Source: Batkoa obscura (Eukaryota). From it: a stretch of 64,000 bases of DNA. Each line of letters starts with the position of its first letter. Position 1 is the first letter of the stretch. The notes under the pieces were generated by a model that did not search any database, was not told the DNA's origin, and was given only the letters and a program-made list of their open reading frames with translations. Location: positions 868,001 to 932,000 of the forward strand of contig JASVEC010000011.1 in assembly GCA_030770535.1 (NCBI GenBank). The letters run 5' to 3'. Below, one piece after another: positions 1 to 12,270 of this stretch. Position numbers and translations under genes: made by a program.

Positions 1-364
1 TTAAAAAAGTCAAAAACCTTAAATTTAAGCTTTATAAGCATAATACCATTTTTTGTTTTAAAGCTAATAAACTTAAATAAAATTAATCATTTTTAAAAAA
101 AAGTTAAATTTATTAAAAATAGCTTTGATTTTCTTATTATTAACTTTTCAAACTTTTTATTACTTGTATATTATAAAAACTTTAATAATTGTTTAATTAT
201 TTTTAATAATAATTTGAAAAGCAAATTAAAATAAACAAACTGCTGTAGAAGTTAACACTCAGTAGCTGGAGTTAAAAACAGCCTTTGCTTAATCAACTAG
301 CTATAAATTAAAAAAAATTAGTTTATGTAACTAAAATAAACTTGAATTATAAAAAATAGCATAT

Positions 365-462
365 GGGGATGTATTTTTCTGTTTAAGAATTTTACTAACA
401 ATCTTTCCACTGAAATAGCACATAGAAATGGAAAAAATAATGAAGCCAAAAAAAACACCCCC
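365..462 (+). mobile_element. MITE family 1 copy
   Basis: ggggatgtattttt...aaaaacaccccc terminal inverted repeats; atat on both sides. Confidence 0.85.
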
Positions 463-466
463 ATAT

Positions 467-566
467 GCGAGTGTTTTTTTTTGACTTCATCCCTTTCGCC
501 ATCTTTTAAGCACTATTTTAGCGGAAAACCTGTTAGTAAAATTCTTAGACACAAAAAAACATCCCT
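467..566 (-). mobile_element. MITE family 1 copy, inverted, abutting the previous copy
   Basis: Reverse complement of family consensus; separated from 365-462 only by atat. Confidence 0.8.
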
Positions 567-1048
567 ACATAATAAGCTATAAATTATATAAGGTAAGTAT
601 AATATTTTATATTGTTATAAAATCTATATAAGATATTATTTAAAAAACAGTGGCTTTATTAAAAATATAATATCAGGAAATAATTTAATAAAAAAGCCTT
701 AAGCTATTATATTAAAAAATAATACTTATATTTTAACTAAGTGATTATATATATAAAATATGATAACAGTTGTTTTTTATTATAATTACCAAGTATGGAC
801 ATCAAAATGAGGAGATAATATCCTTTGCAATTAAGTGGTAGATATTTTTATAGCAAATAAAAATAAAAACTCTGAATTAATTATATTATGTAAATCATAG
901 TTAAATTAATTACAAGACTGTAGCTAGTTTTATAAACAAATTAAGTGCTTATTATATTATGATTAATTATAAAGCTGATAAAGCAATATTTCGTATTAGT
1001 TAAATTATATAATATCACTATTTTTGAAAGTGATAATTTTAAAGTAAT

Positions 1049-1246
1049 AAGTGTGTATTTTTATGTTTAAAAATTTCATTAATAATTTTTTCACTCAAAT
1101 AATGGGGGTATTTTTTTTGGTTTCATTATTTTTTCGATTTTTTAAGCGTTATTTCAGCAGAAAAGTTGTTAGTAAAATTCTTAAAAAAAATACATTCCCT
1201 AATGCTTAAGAAATAATAAAACAATAAAACTAAAAAAAACACTTTT
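1049..1246 (+). mobile_element. Degenerate MITE family 1 copy hosting a nested copy
   Basis: gtatttttatgtttaaaaatttcatt...ctcaaa and gcttaagaaat...aaaaaaacactttt halves match the consensus on either side of 1104-1199. Confidence 0.6.
1104..1199 (-). mobile_element. MITE family 1 copy nested in another copy
   Basis: gggggtatttt...aaaatacattccc with exact taat/taat flanks. Confidence 0.85.
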
Positions 1247-1682
1247 TGATTAATTGTTTTAAAAAAGTGTTTTAATTTTATAATTTTATAATTATTTTAA
1301 ATATTTTTTTAAAAATATTTAAAAAGTTTATATAAAAAAATTAGCAATATTTCAAATTTATATTAGATAAAATAAATTATATTATTGTTTTTACTTTTGC
1401 TATTTTATTATTATTTTATATTTTATATTTTAAATTATAATAAAAAAATCAAAAAAAGCTTTTATAAAAAAATCAGCAATACTTAAAATTTATATAATTA
1501 AAATAAAGTTTATCTTTATTTTTATTTTATATTATTTTTTTATAAGCTTTTATATAATTTATTATTATTGTAAATTACTTTTTTATTTAATTTATATAAT
1601 TTACTTAACTGTTATATATTATCCTTTTATCTATAAATCTATTTTAATTGCTGAAATTTTTTTTTTGATTTATTATAAATAA

Positions 1683-2020
1683 TGTAAAATATTGCTTTAT
1701 TAACTCTCGGATTGATTATAACAGCAGTCACTTAAGCTGTTGTGTTCTCAAGTTCAGATACAACCAATTCAGAGTCCCTTATTTTGATTTGCTGCGAGAA
1801 TTTATAACTTCACATTGCAAAGAATATTATCTTCTCGTTTTAATATCCATACTTGATGGAATATAAAAGAGATTCTTCAACATGATAACTCGAAGCTTTC
1901 TAATTGAATTACTCCCTGATATCGTACCTTTAATAAAGCCACCAAATCTTTCTGACAATATCTTACGTAAATTTTACATTAGTATATTTCGTTCTATTTA
2001 CTTTACATAGTTCATAGTCT
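1683..2020 (-). mobile_element. Truncated solo-LTR-like repeat (short type), inverted
   Basis: Closely matches 57702-58035 (ctctcggattgattataaca...ttacatagttc). Confidence 0.8.
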
Positions 2021-2226
2021 TTTATTAAACACCAAATCTAATATAAATAAAATTAATAAATATTAGTTAACTTTACTATTATTAAAATTTAATATTCATA
2101 AATAATTTTTTATAAATTTTTTTATCAAGCTAAGTTATAAAACTTACTTTTATATTTTTGTAATTAATTTAATTGCTAATGATTATAAATATTTAAAAAA
2201 TAAAGAATAAAAATAGAAAATAAAAT

Positions 2227-2351
2227 AGATTTGATAAAGTGGAAAAGTGTGATGATGTGGAATAGTTACCTGATTATTAGCAACTATTAAAAATTTATCA
2301 GTAGTTGGGCAATTTTTTTGTCTTATCACATTTTTCCACTTTATCAAATCC
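2227..2351. mobile_element. Hairpin/MITE-like element
   Basis: ~30-bp inverted repeat agatttgataaagtggaaaagtgtgat / atcacatttttccactttatcaaatcc. Confidence 0.6.
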
Positions 2352-2668
2352 ATGTTGTAATTTCAATATTTAACAAATAAAAATAATTAAACTAAAAAGT
2401 CTATTAATTCATAATTAATTTTTATTAAATAGACAATGACCTTACATTTAAGACTAATATAAAGTAATAATTAATTGAACAATATTAAAAAATCAATCAG
2501 CTTTACCTTTTAAATGTTTATAATAACATAAAATTAAAAGCCAAAATTCATGTTTTAATCTTAAAAGAGCTTATTAACAATTTTCATTTTACAAATTTAT
2601 TAAAAAACACTAAAATCAATTTTTCTATGCTATCAATCTTCAAAACTTTCACACTTACTTCTCTTTAC

Positions 2669-5600
2669 TTAAGGAAATATAATTCTAGCCACTTTAGGAA
2701 CTTTAGATGTAGTTGAACGTACTAAAACCAACAGCTTATCTTTTCTATTTTCCCTAAAAAAAATACTATTAGTTAAAATTCAACTCCATAAGCTATATTC
2801 GTTCAAAAAAAATAACTTTATAAAACAACCCGCTTACCTTTTATCTTTAATCATCAATTCTACCAAAGACTTTAATAAAATACTTGCCATTCCAGTTACA
2901 TTTCCTTCACTTAATGAGTAATTACTTGAAGTTATATAACCAATAATGTCAGATTCAGGGGGTATATCATTCGCTGAATTTGATTCCTAAAATTACTATT
3001 AATAAATGAATAAAATTTAAATTAAGTAATTAAAAAAAAGTTAATAACAATGAATTTACCTCTTTCACTGTTTCATCCTTTATCTCTAACCAATCTTTAT
3101 TCATCATATAAACCATACCAAATTTAAATTTACCACTCGCCTCATTAATAAATTCTAAATTAATTTGAATTAATCCTGAATCCCAATTCACTTGATTATT
3201 TAATTGAATCTCTCTTTTAACTTCATAGTTTTTTAAACTTTGATCTAATATTTTATTAATATTTATTAATTTTTGTTCATCATCTTTAATTTTAATAATT
3301 TCATTAGTCAACTTATTTGGTAATAAAAACATGGAGTTTGAATTAGTTAGAGAAGTGATGGTAGTAGTATTAGATTCTTCTATATTTCTATCTATTTCTT
3401 CACCTTTATTCTTAAATTTATTTTTTTTGATTTCCGTTACTTTATCACTCTCATTTTCCATCTCAATATCCTCTTTATTTCCCTCTTCTTCTTTTAATTT
3501 ACGTTTATTTCCCATCTTATTTCTCTCTATTTCCCCTCCTCTTAATTGTTGATAATAAGTTAAACTTTTAAACTCGGGTGCAAATGGATATTTCACTTTT
3601 AATTTTTCAAAATTGACTCTCTTTGCCTTTGGAGTTGCTAAATATTTACTCATCTTTAATAATTTTTTATCTTTAATATACTTCAAATAACTATTAGTCA
3701 TTGGATAATCATTTGGAAATCGGAATAATTTTGATTCATAATTTAAATTATTATAATCTCTTAAACCCATTACTAAAGTGGAATTAAAAATAAATTGTTT
3801 AAATAAATCTCTTCCCCATTGGGAGGGAGTTATTAATAGATAATTATCTTCTTCTGATGTGGGCTGGGAAGAGATACTTGTTTTGACGATGATGATGGGG
3901 ATACGGTTATCACAAGGTGTGGGTTTTAATCCTGTTTTAGGAAGTAATAACTAAACATAATATTATTATAAATATATAATTATGATAAAATAACTTAACT
4001 TACTTTTGATTTTCTATTATTAATACTTTTCTCACTGTTTTTATTTTCTCCTTCATTCTCCATCATATCCCATAATTTTGAATAAGCTAAATCATTGGTA
4101 TGAGTTAATAAAAGATCGATGATTTTATCTTGTTTTTCTTTTGTAATTTCATAACTTTCTATACCCTTTTCTTTCCTTGGAGTTCCTCTATTATTTATTA
4201 TTTATTATTTATATATTAATTTAAATATTTTATTATTATCATATAAAATTAAATTTACCTCAACCTAGGATCCAATAAAGTAACAGAAAAGATAGTGTTT
4301 AAACCAATGGTAGTTGCTAAGCCTGGATATTGTAATAAAGAAAATAACTAATAAAAAGTAATATTAATATCTTACAAAAAAATTTAAATTTAAATAAGTT
4401 TTTTTTACCTCTTGTCCATATTTCGAATTACCTAATTTAGGATCATCACTCTCTGTTGGATCTAACGCCTTGAATAAACTCATAGCTGCATTTTTACCAT
4501 TTAATAAAAACAAGTTCAATTTATTTTTTAAATTTAATAATTGAATGTTTGATTCATTTTCTTTGATTTCATTTTCAAACATATTAAATACTCTATCATA
4601 ACATGAAGCATGAATTATAACCCATATTTTAGTATTGTTAGATGAGAGTTCCGTTTGGTTGAGGGTGGATTGAAAAATTAATTTAATTGGGCATAATAAA
4701 TTATAAGGGAAGCTTAATTTTTCATATAACATAGTTGAATACATCCTTTTTCCTGTTGATATTCTAATAAAAATAATATCAATATCCTTATTATAAAAAG
4801 AAATAATTAAATATTAACATTACCTTTTACTCTTTACTGATAATTCGGATGGATCCAAAAATAAATTTAAAAATGAAATTAATTCTATTTTATTGCCATT
4901 TAATTGAATTATAGAATTATAACTTATATCATAAATCGTTGCTTTAGTTTTATTATATCGATATAAAGTTCGATAGTTTTTTAATGTAGCTTTAATGGGC
5001 TATAGTAATGATAAATAATGGTAATAGTAATAAGTAACATATTAATATAGATAACATATTAAGTTAAATCTTATTACCAATGAATAACCCCATAATACTT
5101 TCATATGCATTCTTTTAGCATGCCAAATATGCGTTTGTAACCAAGTTTTATTTTCTATTGATTGAAAAAATAAAAAACAAAAACAATTCATTAATAAACT
5201 ACAACTTACTTTGTCTTTTTAAATATTCTAACCTTTTATTTTTAGCATAGTATTTAAATCGTGAACTTCTTTTTCTTATTTTTAATCCATCTTTAGAGAT
5301 CTATTATAATTATATACATTAATTGAACCCCATTAAACTTAAATATTACTACTAACTACTACTATTAAATACTCACTTCAAACTTGGTTTTTTCTCTTAA
5401 CCTTTGTGGTACTCTATAACAATTATGACTAGCTGTTCTTCTTCTTAGATATCTTGGAAGTGTTTGAAACGCTCTTTTATTGACTGATTTTCTAATTTAA
5501 TGAAAATAGACTTTAGCTCATTAAATTCAAATTAACAAAAACCAAAGACCAAAACTAATTGTTGTTACTTGTTTTTATCTTTACCTATACTGCCTCATCG

Positions 5601-5926
5601 TTTTTTCCATCTGTTCAATTTCATTTTTACGTGTCTAAATAATAGCAATTCATCAATACCTATCTAAATCATTCAATACATTGTACTAATATTACCTCAA
5701 CAAACTTATCGATTTCAATACCTCGGTTGGCTAAATATTATGGAAATCAGCTTTAATTTCTATTTATTGTTAATACCATCAATATTACTTACTATTAACC
5801 TTCACCCCAATGGGCGTTAATATATTATCTAAAGTAGCTAAATTCAATATCATTAATACCTAGTATTGATATTCCTATATACTCTATTAATTTACTCTGC
5901 TTCAATTTCAATTTATCCTTTTTCAT
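2669..5926 (-). CDS. POP1: RNase P/RNase MRP subunit POP1 (multi-exon)
   Basis: WLQTHIWHAKRMHM (~5100-5150), GLRD..FPNDYP, C-terminal LVLVRSTTS; the 5' small exons are less certain. Confidence 0.88.
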
Positions 5927-5989
5927 TTTTGTTAAAATAATTAGAAAAAAACAATTTTTTTAACTCATAAAATTTCATGATTTCCATAT

Positions 5990-6202
5990 GGATGTTTAAA
6001 GCTCGGTTCAAATTTTGCCCATTCCCCATGTAGTATAAAATTAGAAAAAACTATTGGGTAAAACTGGATAAAAAAAACGTCGCAATATAAGCTATTTTAA
6101 AATTAAGTAAAAGCAAATATTTTTGCAGCAATTGGTGCTTAATGTCCAATTTTGCTAAAAATCAGAATTGGATAAAATTTGAACCAAGTTTAAACTAGCC
6201 CC
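5990..6202. mobile_element. MITE family 2 (longer terminal inverted repeats)
   Basis: ggatgtttaaagctcggttcaaattttgcc ... ggataaaatttgaaccaagtttaaactagcccc; atat/gtat flanks. Confidence 0.65.
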
Positions 6203-6236
6203 GTATAAAAAAAATGAATTTTATCGAAATTCATCA

Positions 6237-6308
6237 CTTCCTCACGGGGAATCGAACCCCGGCCGTTCCGGTGAAAGCGGAAAATCCTAACCACTGGACC
6301 ATGAAGAA
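6237..6308 (-). tRNA. tRNA-Glu (TTC)
   Basis: Cloverleaf: TTCTTCA/TGAGGAA acceptor stem, TTCCG-CT TTC AC-CGGAA anticodon arm, GGTTCGATTCC T-arm. Confidence 0.95.
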
Positions 6309-6384
6309 TTGTTAGTTACTATTTTTGCCAGTTAATTTATATATATTATTTTTTATAATAAATTACCTATGCAAGTTAATATAT

Positions 6385-6467
6385 GGGGTATTTTTGGTTT
6401 AAGAGATTTACAGTTAATCTTTCGATGCAATAACATTTAAAAAATGTGAAAATGAAAAAACATTCCT
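6385..6467 (+). mobile_element. Degenerate MITE family 1 copy
   Basis: atat-ggggtatttttggtttaagagattta...aaaaaacattcct. Confidence 0.6.
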
Positions 6468-6573
6468 ACACTTTTGAAAATGTATTTGTAAACTCAACAA
6501 ACTTTAATTTTTTAATTTTAATTTCAAAAAAAAATCACTTATTTCATTTCAAAGCTCAGAAAAACAAATATAA

Positions 6574-7422
6574 ATGATTCAATCTAAACTATTAAAATCT
6601 AATTTAATATTAAAATTAAGATACAATCTCTATCCGCTATTAAATGTCAGAACTCAAAAACTAGCACTCCATACACAAACCCCCGTATCCCCCAACAACC
6701 AATTATTTCAACCCACTTCATTAAACGAAATCAATGATCTTAAAGGTGAATTAGTATTCACTTCCCCTTCTGGAAAAGCGATACAATTAGTCAAAAAGTT
6801 ATCTTTAATGACAAGTTTACTAGGTGTTGTGTCGCTACCTTTGTTTACTATTTATTGGCAACATCCTTGGGTACAACAAGCTAATTTTTCGTTTACTTGG
6901 GTAGTATTAGGTATGTGGATTTAGTTAATAATAATAATGTGATAACAATAATAATGTGATAATAATAACAATACCTATAATAAAATGAACTTTATTAATT
7001 AATATTTTTATTTTATTTTAGCTTGTATCACCAGTTTAGCTTCCACTAGCTTTATGCATTGGTTTTGTGGCCCTTATGTATTACATATGTATTTATATCC
7101 AGAATCAGATAACATTATCTCCATTCAAAATTCAATAGAAAAGAATGTTAAACACGTCGAAACTCAGTTAATCACTCATAACACTAAAGTTACTTTTGAA
7201 ACTACTTCTATATTAGGAAGTTCCGAATTTACTACTATTAAAGTTGGTATGTTAAAGTATGGAAGATTACCTCATGTCACTTTTAGATTATTGGATGAAT
7301 ATGTAGGTAGGAAGGAGTTTAGACAAAGTAAGTTTTGGATCGATTTACCACATATGAAATATCAGGGATTTAAAAGTTTATTTGCTATTAATGAATTTTT
7401 AAAAGATAGAAACAGAATGTAA
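6574..7422 (+). CDS. TMEM70/TMEM186-family mitochondrial membrane protein (2 exons, intron 6911-7021)
   Basis: Basic presequence-like N-terminus, VKKLSLMTSLLG, two hydrophobic segments, PYVLHMY and FETTSILG motifs. Confidence 0.7.
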
Positions 7423-7544
7423 TAGAGGATATAATAGTACAATATAATGATATTTAAAATAAAAAATAAGCATAAAACAATATCTCTCTTAATTTTATCT
7501 CCATTTATTTTTAAATTAAATCATATTTACTACTCCCAATAACC

Positions 7545-9828
7545 TCACTCATCCGTCACACATCCAAGTGACGCTGATTTAACATTTTTAATATATTTAT
7601 AAAGTGTACCACGGCTAGCTTTTAATGGTGGTGCTTTCCATTCTTTCTTTCTTTCCACTAGCTCTTCTTCTGTTACATCAGCCATTTTAATACTTTTATT
7701 AACTGCATCAATAATGATACGATCCCCGTTTTTTACTAATGCAATGGGACCACCTACTTGTGCTTCAGGTGAGATATGTCCAATGATAAAACCCTAGAAT
7801 AAATGGATATTACATAAATATTATAGTGTATTAATTAAAAGACTTACATGACTACCACCTGAAAATCTTCCATCTGTCATCATAGCTACATCTTTACCTA
7901 ATCCAGCTCCCATAATAGCAGAAGTTGGAGTAACTAATAATAATCATTAGCGTCTTTTTTTATCCAATAAAAATGAGTCACTTACGCATTTCAGGCATAC
8001 CAGGTCCACCTTTAGGACCTTCATAACGAATAATAATCACATCACCTTTGTTAATTTCATTGTCTTCTAAAGCTTTTAGCATCGCTTCTTCGTTATCAAA
8101 TACATTAGCAGGACCTTCAAAATACAATCCCTCCTTACCAGTAATTTTAGCCACACTACCTTCCGGCGCTAAATTACCTTTTAATATTTGTATATGTGCT
8201 GTTTGTTTTAATGGTTTTTCTAAAGGTCTAATGATATCTTGTCCTTCTTTTAAGCCTGGTACAGAAGCTAAATTTTCTGCCACTGTTTTTCCAGTTACTG
8301 TCATACAATCCCCATGTATTAAGCCATTTTCATATAGATATTTCAAGACGGCTGGGGTACCTCCAATACCTTGGATATCTTCCATAACATATTTACCACT
8401 GGGTTTTAAATCTGCTAAAAAGGGCACCTTATCACTTATAACTTGGAAATCATCAAGTGCTAATTCAACATCCACTGCACGAGCCATAGCTATTAAATGC
8501 AATACTGCATTGGTGGAACCTTCATTTAAGATATACAAGATTAATGGGAGAGTAAAATGAGTTAATAAATTATATTACCTCCCAAAGCCATAACCACTGT
8601 AATAGCATTTTCAAAAGCTTTTCTTGTCATAATATCTTTTGGTTTAATATCTTTTTCTAATAAAATTTTGATGTATTCTCCCGCCCTTAAACATTCTTTA
8701 ATCTTTTCTTCATCTTCTGCTGGTATAGAAGAAGAATAAGGTAATGACATGCCCATAGCTTCAATTGCTGAGGCCACTAAGAAATAAACCATTAATATCG
8801 TATTACCAACACCTTTCATAAATAAAATTACTAGTATTAGCGGTATACATTCCACCACAAGCACCAGCTCCAGGACATGAGTTTTTGATTATACTACTTC
8901 TTTCAGTTTCATCAATTTTACCCGTTATATATTCACCGTAACTTTGAAATGCTGATATAATATCTAAATTTTGACCTGGTCGACAACTTGATTTTCCTGG
9001 TTTAATGGTACCACCATAGACCATTATTGAAGGGCGGTTTACTCGTCCCATTGCTATTAAACAACCTGGCATATTTTTATCACAGCCTTAAGTGAGGAGG
9101 GATTAATTGATTGAAAATATTTTGATTTATAATACAATTTACCTGGTAAAGATATATTTGCATCATAAAATTGACCACACATGACCTAAATCACAATAAC
9201 TAATAAAAAATTCCATTCTTTCAATAATATTCAAAACCTTACTGTTTCGATGGAATCCGCAATAATATCTCTAGATTGTAAAGAATATGACATACCCTCT
9301 GTACCATTAGTCATACCATCCGATACACCAATAGTATTAAACCGATAACCAATTAAGTTATTATTTTCAACACCAAGCTTCACATGATCTGATAATTTAT
9401 TTAAATGCATATTGCATGGGTTACCTTCATACCAACTAATATAGAGTAGAATAGAATATAAAATAGAAGAGTAATTCGATTAGTTTCTGGAAAGACAAAT
9501 GAGTGATTTACTTACACACTAGAGATACCAATCTGTGCTTTAGACATATCTTCTTCTTTTAAACCAGTGGCGTATACTATATTAATAAGATGGCTTTAGT
9601 TGCTTTTATTTATATAATAAATATCAACAACTTACACATAGCTTGAGCAGCGCCTCTAGATTTATGTTGAGTTAATGTAGAAGAAAACTTATTTAAATCC
9701 ATATCGTTATCGCTGTTATTGTTATTAAATAATCTAAATGATGTAGTTAATGATCTTTGGAATTTTAGTTGTTTTGATAATATAGTTGATAGAATTTGGG
9801 TTTTCTGGAGTTTTTTCCAGTAAGCCAT
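7545..9828 (-). CDS. ILV3: Dihydroxy-acid dehydratase, mitochondrial (multi-exon)
   Basis: [64 protein letters not shown]. Confidence 0.96.
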
Positions 9829-9911
9829 AATATATTTTTTAAATAGAATTAAAGTTGTAAGTTTGAAGCTTTTTTTGAGTTTTTATATGTTTATTATTTG
9901 AGGATATCAGG

Positions 9912-9920
9912 TTGAGTCAT
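9912..9920 (-). promoter_or_regulatory. Gcn4/CpcA-type site ATGACTCAA upstream of ILV3
   Basis: Exact TGACTCA core ~85 bp before the ATG of an amino-acid biosynthesis gene. Confidence 0.5.
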
Positions 9921-10214
9921 CAATGCTACATATGAACTTTGATTAGATGGTGACTAGAATCTTATCTTAAAATAATTATAAATCATTATCATTGGTTCAT
10001 TTTATTTTATAATAAAAAATGATATTTATTTTTTTATCTATTCTTAAATTCACGTATTAATAATAACTTATTATCATTTACCAAATTATAATAACTTATT
10101 ATATTTCATTCATTTAAATGCATTTAAACATAACAATAAGGCAATCCTATGTTTTCAATATTATTTTACTATAAAAATAACGAAGTCATTGGTTCCATAA
10201 GTAAAAGGCTAATT

Positions 10215-10950
10215 TATCTAGAGGCAGATATTGTGGTTGCGGTTCTATACTGCTACGACGTTCAATTTGTTCAATGTAATAACCGAACATTAGAGATTAT
10301 GTTGACAAGATCATGACTATTTTTTAAAATTCGCATTAAAAAACATAGCCATAGATATTTTACCTATCTCCCATAGATACTGGATCCATATTATTTCCAA
10401 AGTAATAGTTAGTTTTGTTGTTTTATCTGATGACATGTCGGTATCCTCTAAGAGCTTGGGGTGCTTCTTTTTATCTTAAAGTTTTTCTAAATCCTGCTGT
10501 TTAACACCAAATGTTGATGAATAACTTTTATTTCCAGGTGTATTCAATGTATTAAAAAAGGAATTAAACCATTTATTTAGTAACTTCAGTAGCTGGCTCG
10601 GATTCTTTGTAATCATATATGTGCTTCAAGGTTGGATCGGTTGCAATATTATCATGAACTCTTCTGCTGGTTTACTTTCAGACGTTGAAGTATTATAAAG
10701 AGACTCCTTGTCAGTGCCGCCAAGGAGTGGTATCATTAACAAATGCTAATGAACAAACGGCCTATCCAAATAAAAAAACCTAATTCGAACTTAAGAGGTA
10801 CTCCTTACTTGGTTTTAATATTGTTTGAATATCGCGTTGAATGCTTTTTATGCTTCTAATGGAGTGGCTTCATCCAGTTCAGCTTTGTTATGCTAAACGA
10901 TAACTGCTTGAATACCCAACAATAAAACGGATAAATATTTTGTATAGCTT
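10215..10950 (-). pseudogene. Decayed ATG15-like lipase paralog
   Basis: Minus strand gives YYFGNNMDPVSMG followed by gtaaa at the same intron position as YHFGNNADPIFMGT/gtaag in ATG15; signal-peptide-like start; many stops and frameshifts; ends approximate. Confidence 0.6.
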
Positions 10951-11461
10951 TTTTAATAAACACCCAATATGGAATAAATAGAAATTTTACGGAAATAAAT
11001 GATACATATATAAAATAATTTATAAAATTATAGCCGGATCATATGCTATTTTATGATTTGTTTTATTAAATTATTTAAAATAATAAAGTTAATATATTAA
11101 AAGTTGGTAATATTATTGTATTCTTATAAAATAAATCTATTTAAAATAACTGATTTAAAATTATTGAAAAAATAAAAATTTAGAGACATTATATTATAGG
11201 ATTAATAATGTTAGTAAAATAGCATTCTTATGTTGATGATTTATGAGTTATAACTAACAAACGGGTTAAATAAATGATTTTTATTTAAATGTATTTTCAT
11301 AAATTAAAATTAAATTAAAATCTTTAAATGGCAATATGGTATTAATTAATAACACTAATAGAACAGTTGAAGTTATCTTTTTTAGGGTTATTATTAACCT
11401 TTTATTCAAAGAAGCTATTTAAATATTTTATGTATTGAATATTATGTCAAATAAAAAAATT

Positions 11462-11552
11462 GGGATGTCTCTTTTTAAAAAATTTACAAGTGTTTTTCCT
11501 CTTAATAGCGCTTGAGAAATGGTAAAGTAATGAAACTAAAAAAGGTATCCTC
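11462..11552 (+). mobile_element. MITE family 1 copy
   Basis: aatt-gggatgtct...aatagcgcttgagaaatggtaaagtaatgaaac...gtatcctc-aaat. Confidence 0.75.
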
Positions 11553-11556
11553 AAAT

Positions 11557-11630
11557 GGATGTTTGAAATTTTACTAAATTTTTAAAAATTAAAAGATTTT
11601 ATAATTTTAAATCTAATATTTTAAACATGT
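11557..11630. mobile_element. Short ggatgttt-ended inverted-repeat element abutting the MITE
   Basis: ggatgtttgaaattttactaaattt ... tttaaatctaatattttaaacatgt. Confidence 0.35.
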
Positions 11631-12270
11631 ATTCTGCTTTATTTAACAATGTCTTGTTTGCTCAAGACTACCAAATTATGCTTTAAAATATAAATATAAT
11701 ACATAACTATATGCCTACTTAATCAAATTGCAAGTTATCACAATACTAAGAGTGAAAAGTCAAACACTGAGTGATTCCCGTTTGAAAGTAGTAATACGTT
11801 CACTAAAAGGATTTACATGCTCGGAAAATTTATGAAAGGAAGGATTCGGAAGAAGATTTTAAGAAAGTCGAGAGGAGGTTTAGTCATATCTGTATACTCA
11901 AAGTAGAATTTTTAAAATCTAAAAAAGGAAAAGTATTAGGTTTCCAATAACTAATTTTTATTTTCGTGTAAAAAATAAGTCCATCCTTGGTTGCAGCAGC
12001 ATGTTTTCATGACTAAAAAAACAAAAATTATTTCCTAGTAAAAACATTTTAGTATTGCAATTTTATATCTTCGCGATTGGTTCTTCATTAAAAAAATTAA
12101 AGCCATTTGTAAACTCTATAATAGTGATAAATTTATGTGACTGTTTAAAATTTAGTTATCCTAAAATATCAAATGATAAACAAAATAAACAAAATCTTTC
12201 TATAATAGAACAGCTTTACGTTTTATTTAATAATAATATAGCAATAATAGGATATAATCTCAAAAGCCTC

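Larger units (their letters stand above)
244..995 (+). mobile_element. Degenerate solo-LTR-like repeat (long type), interrupted by two MITEs
   Basis: Colinear with 56492-57040 (tgtagaagttaacactcag vs tgtgaaagttagtactcag; ends gcaatatttcgta vs gcgatatttcaca); many C>T and G>A differences. Confidence 0.75.

Noticed and set aside
10700..10950. In-frame TAA/TAG codons as a sign of an alternative genetic code
   Set aside because: Conserved genes use TAA, TAG and TGA as normal stops, and this region also has frameshifts, so it is pseudogene decay
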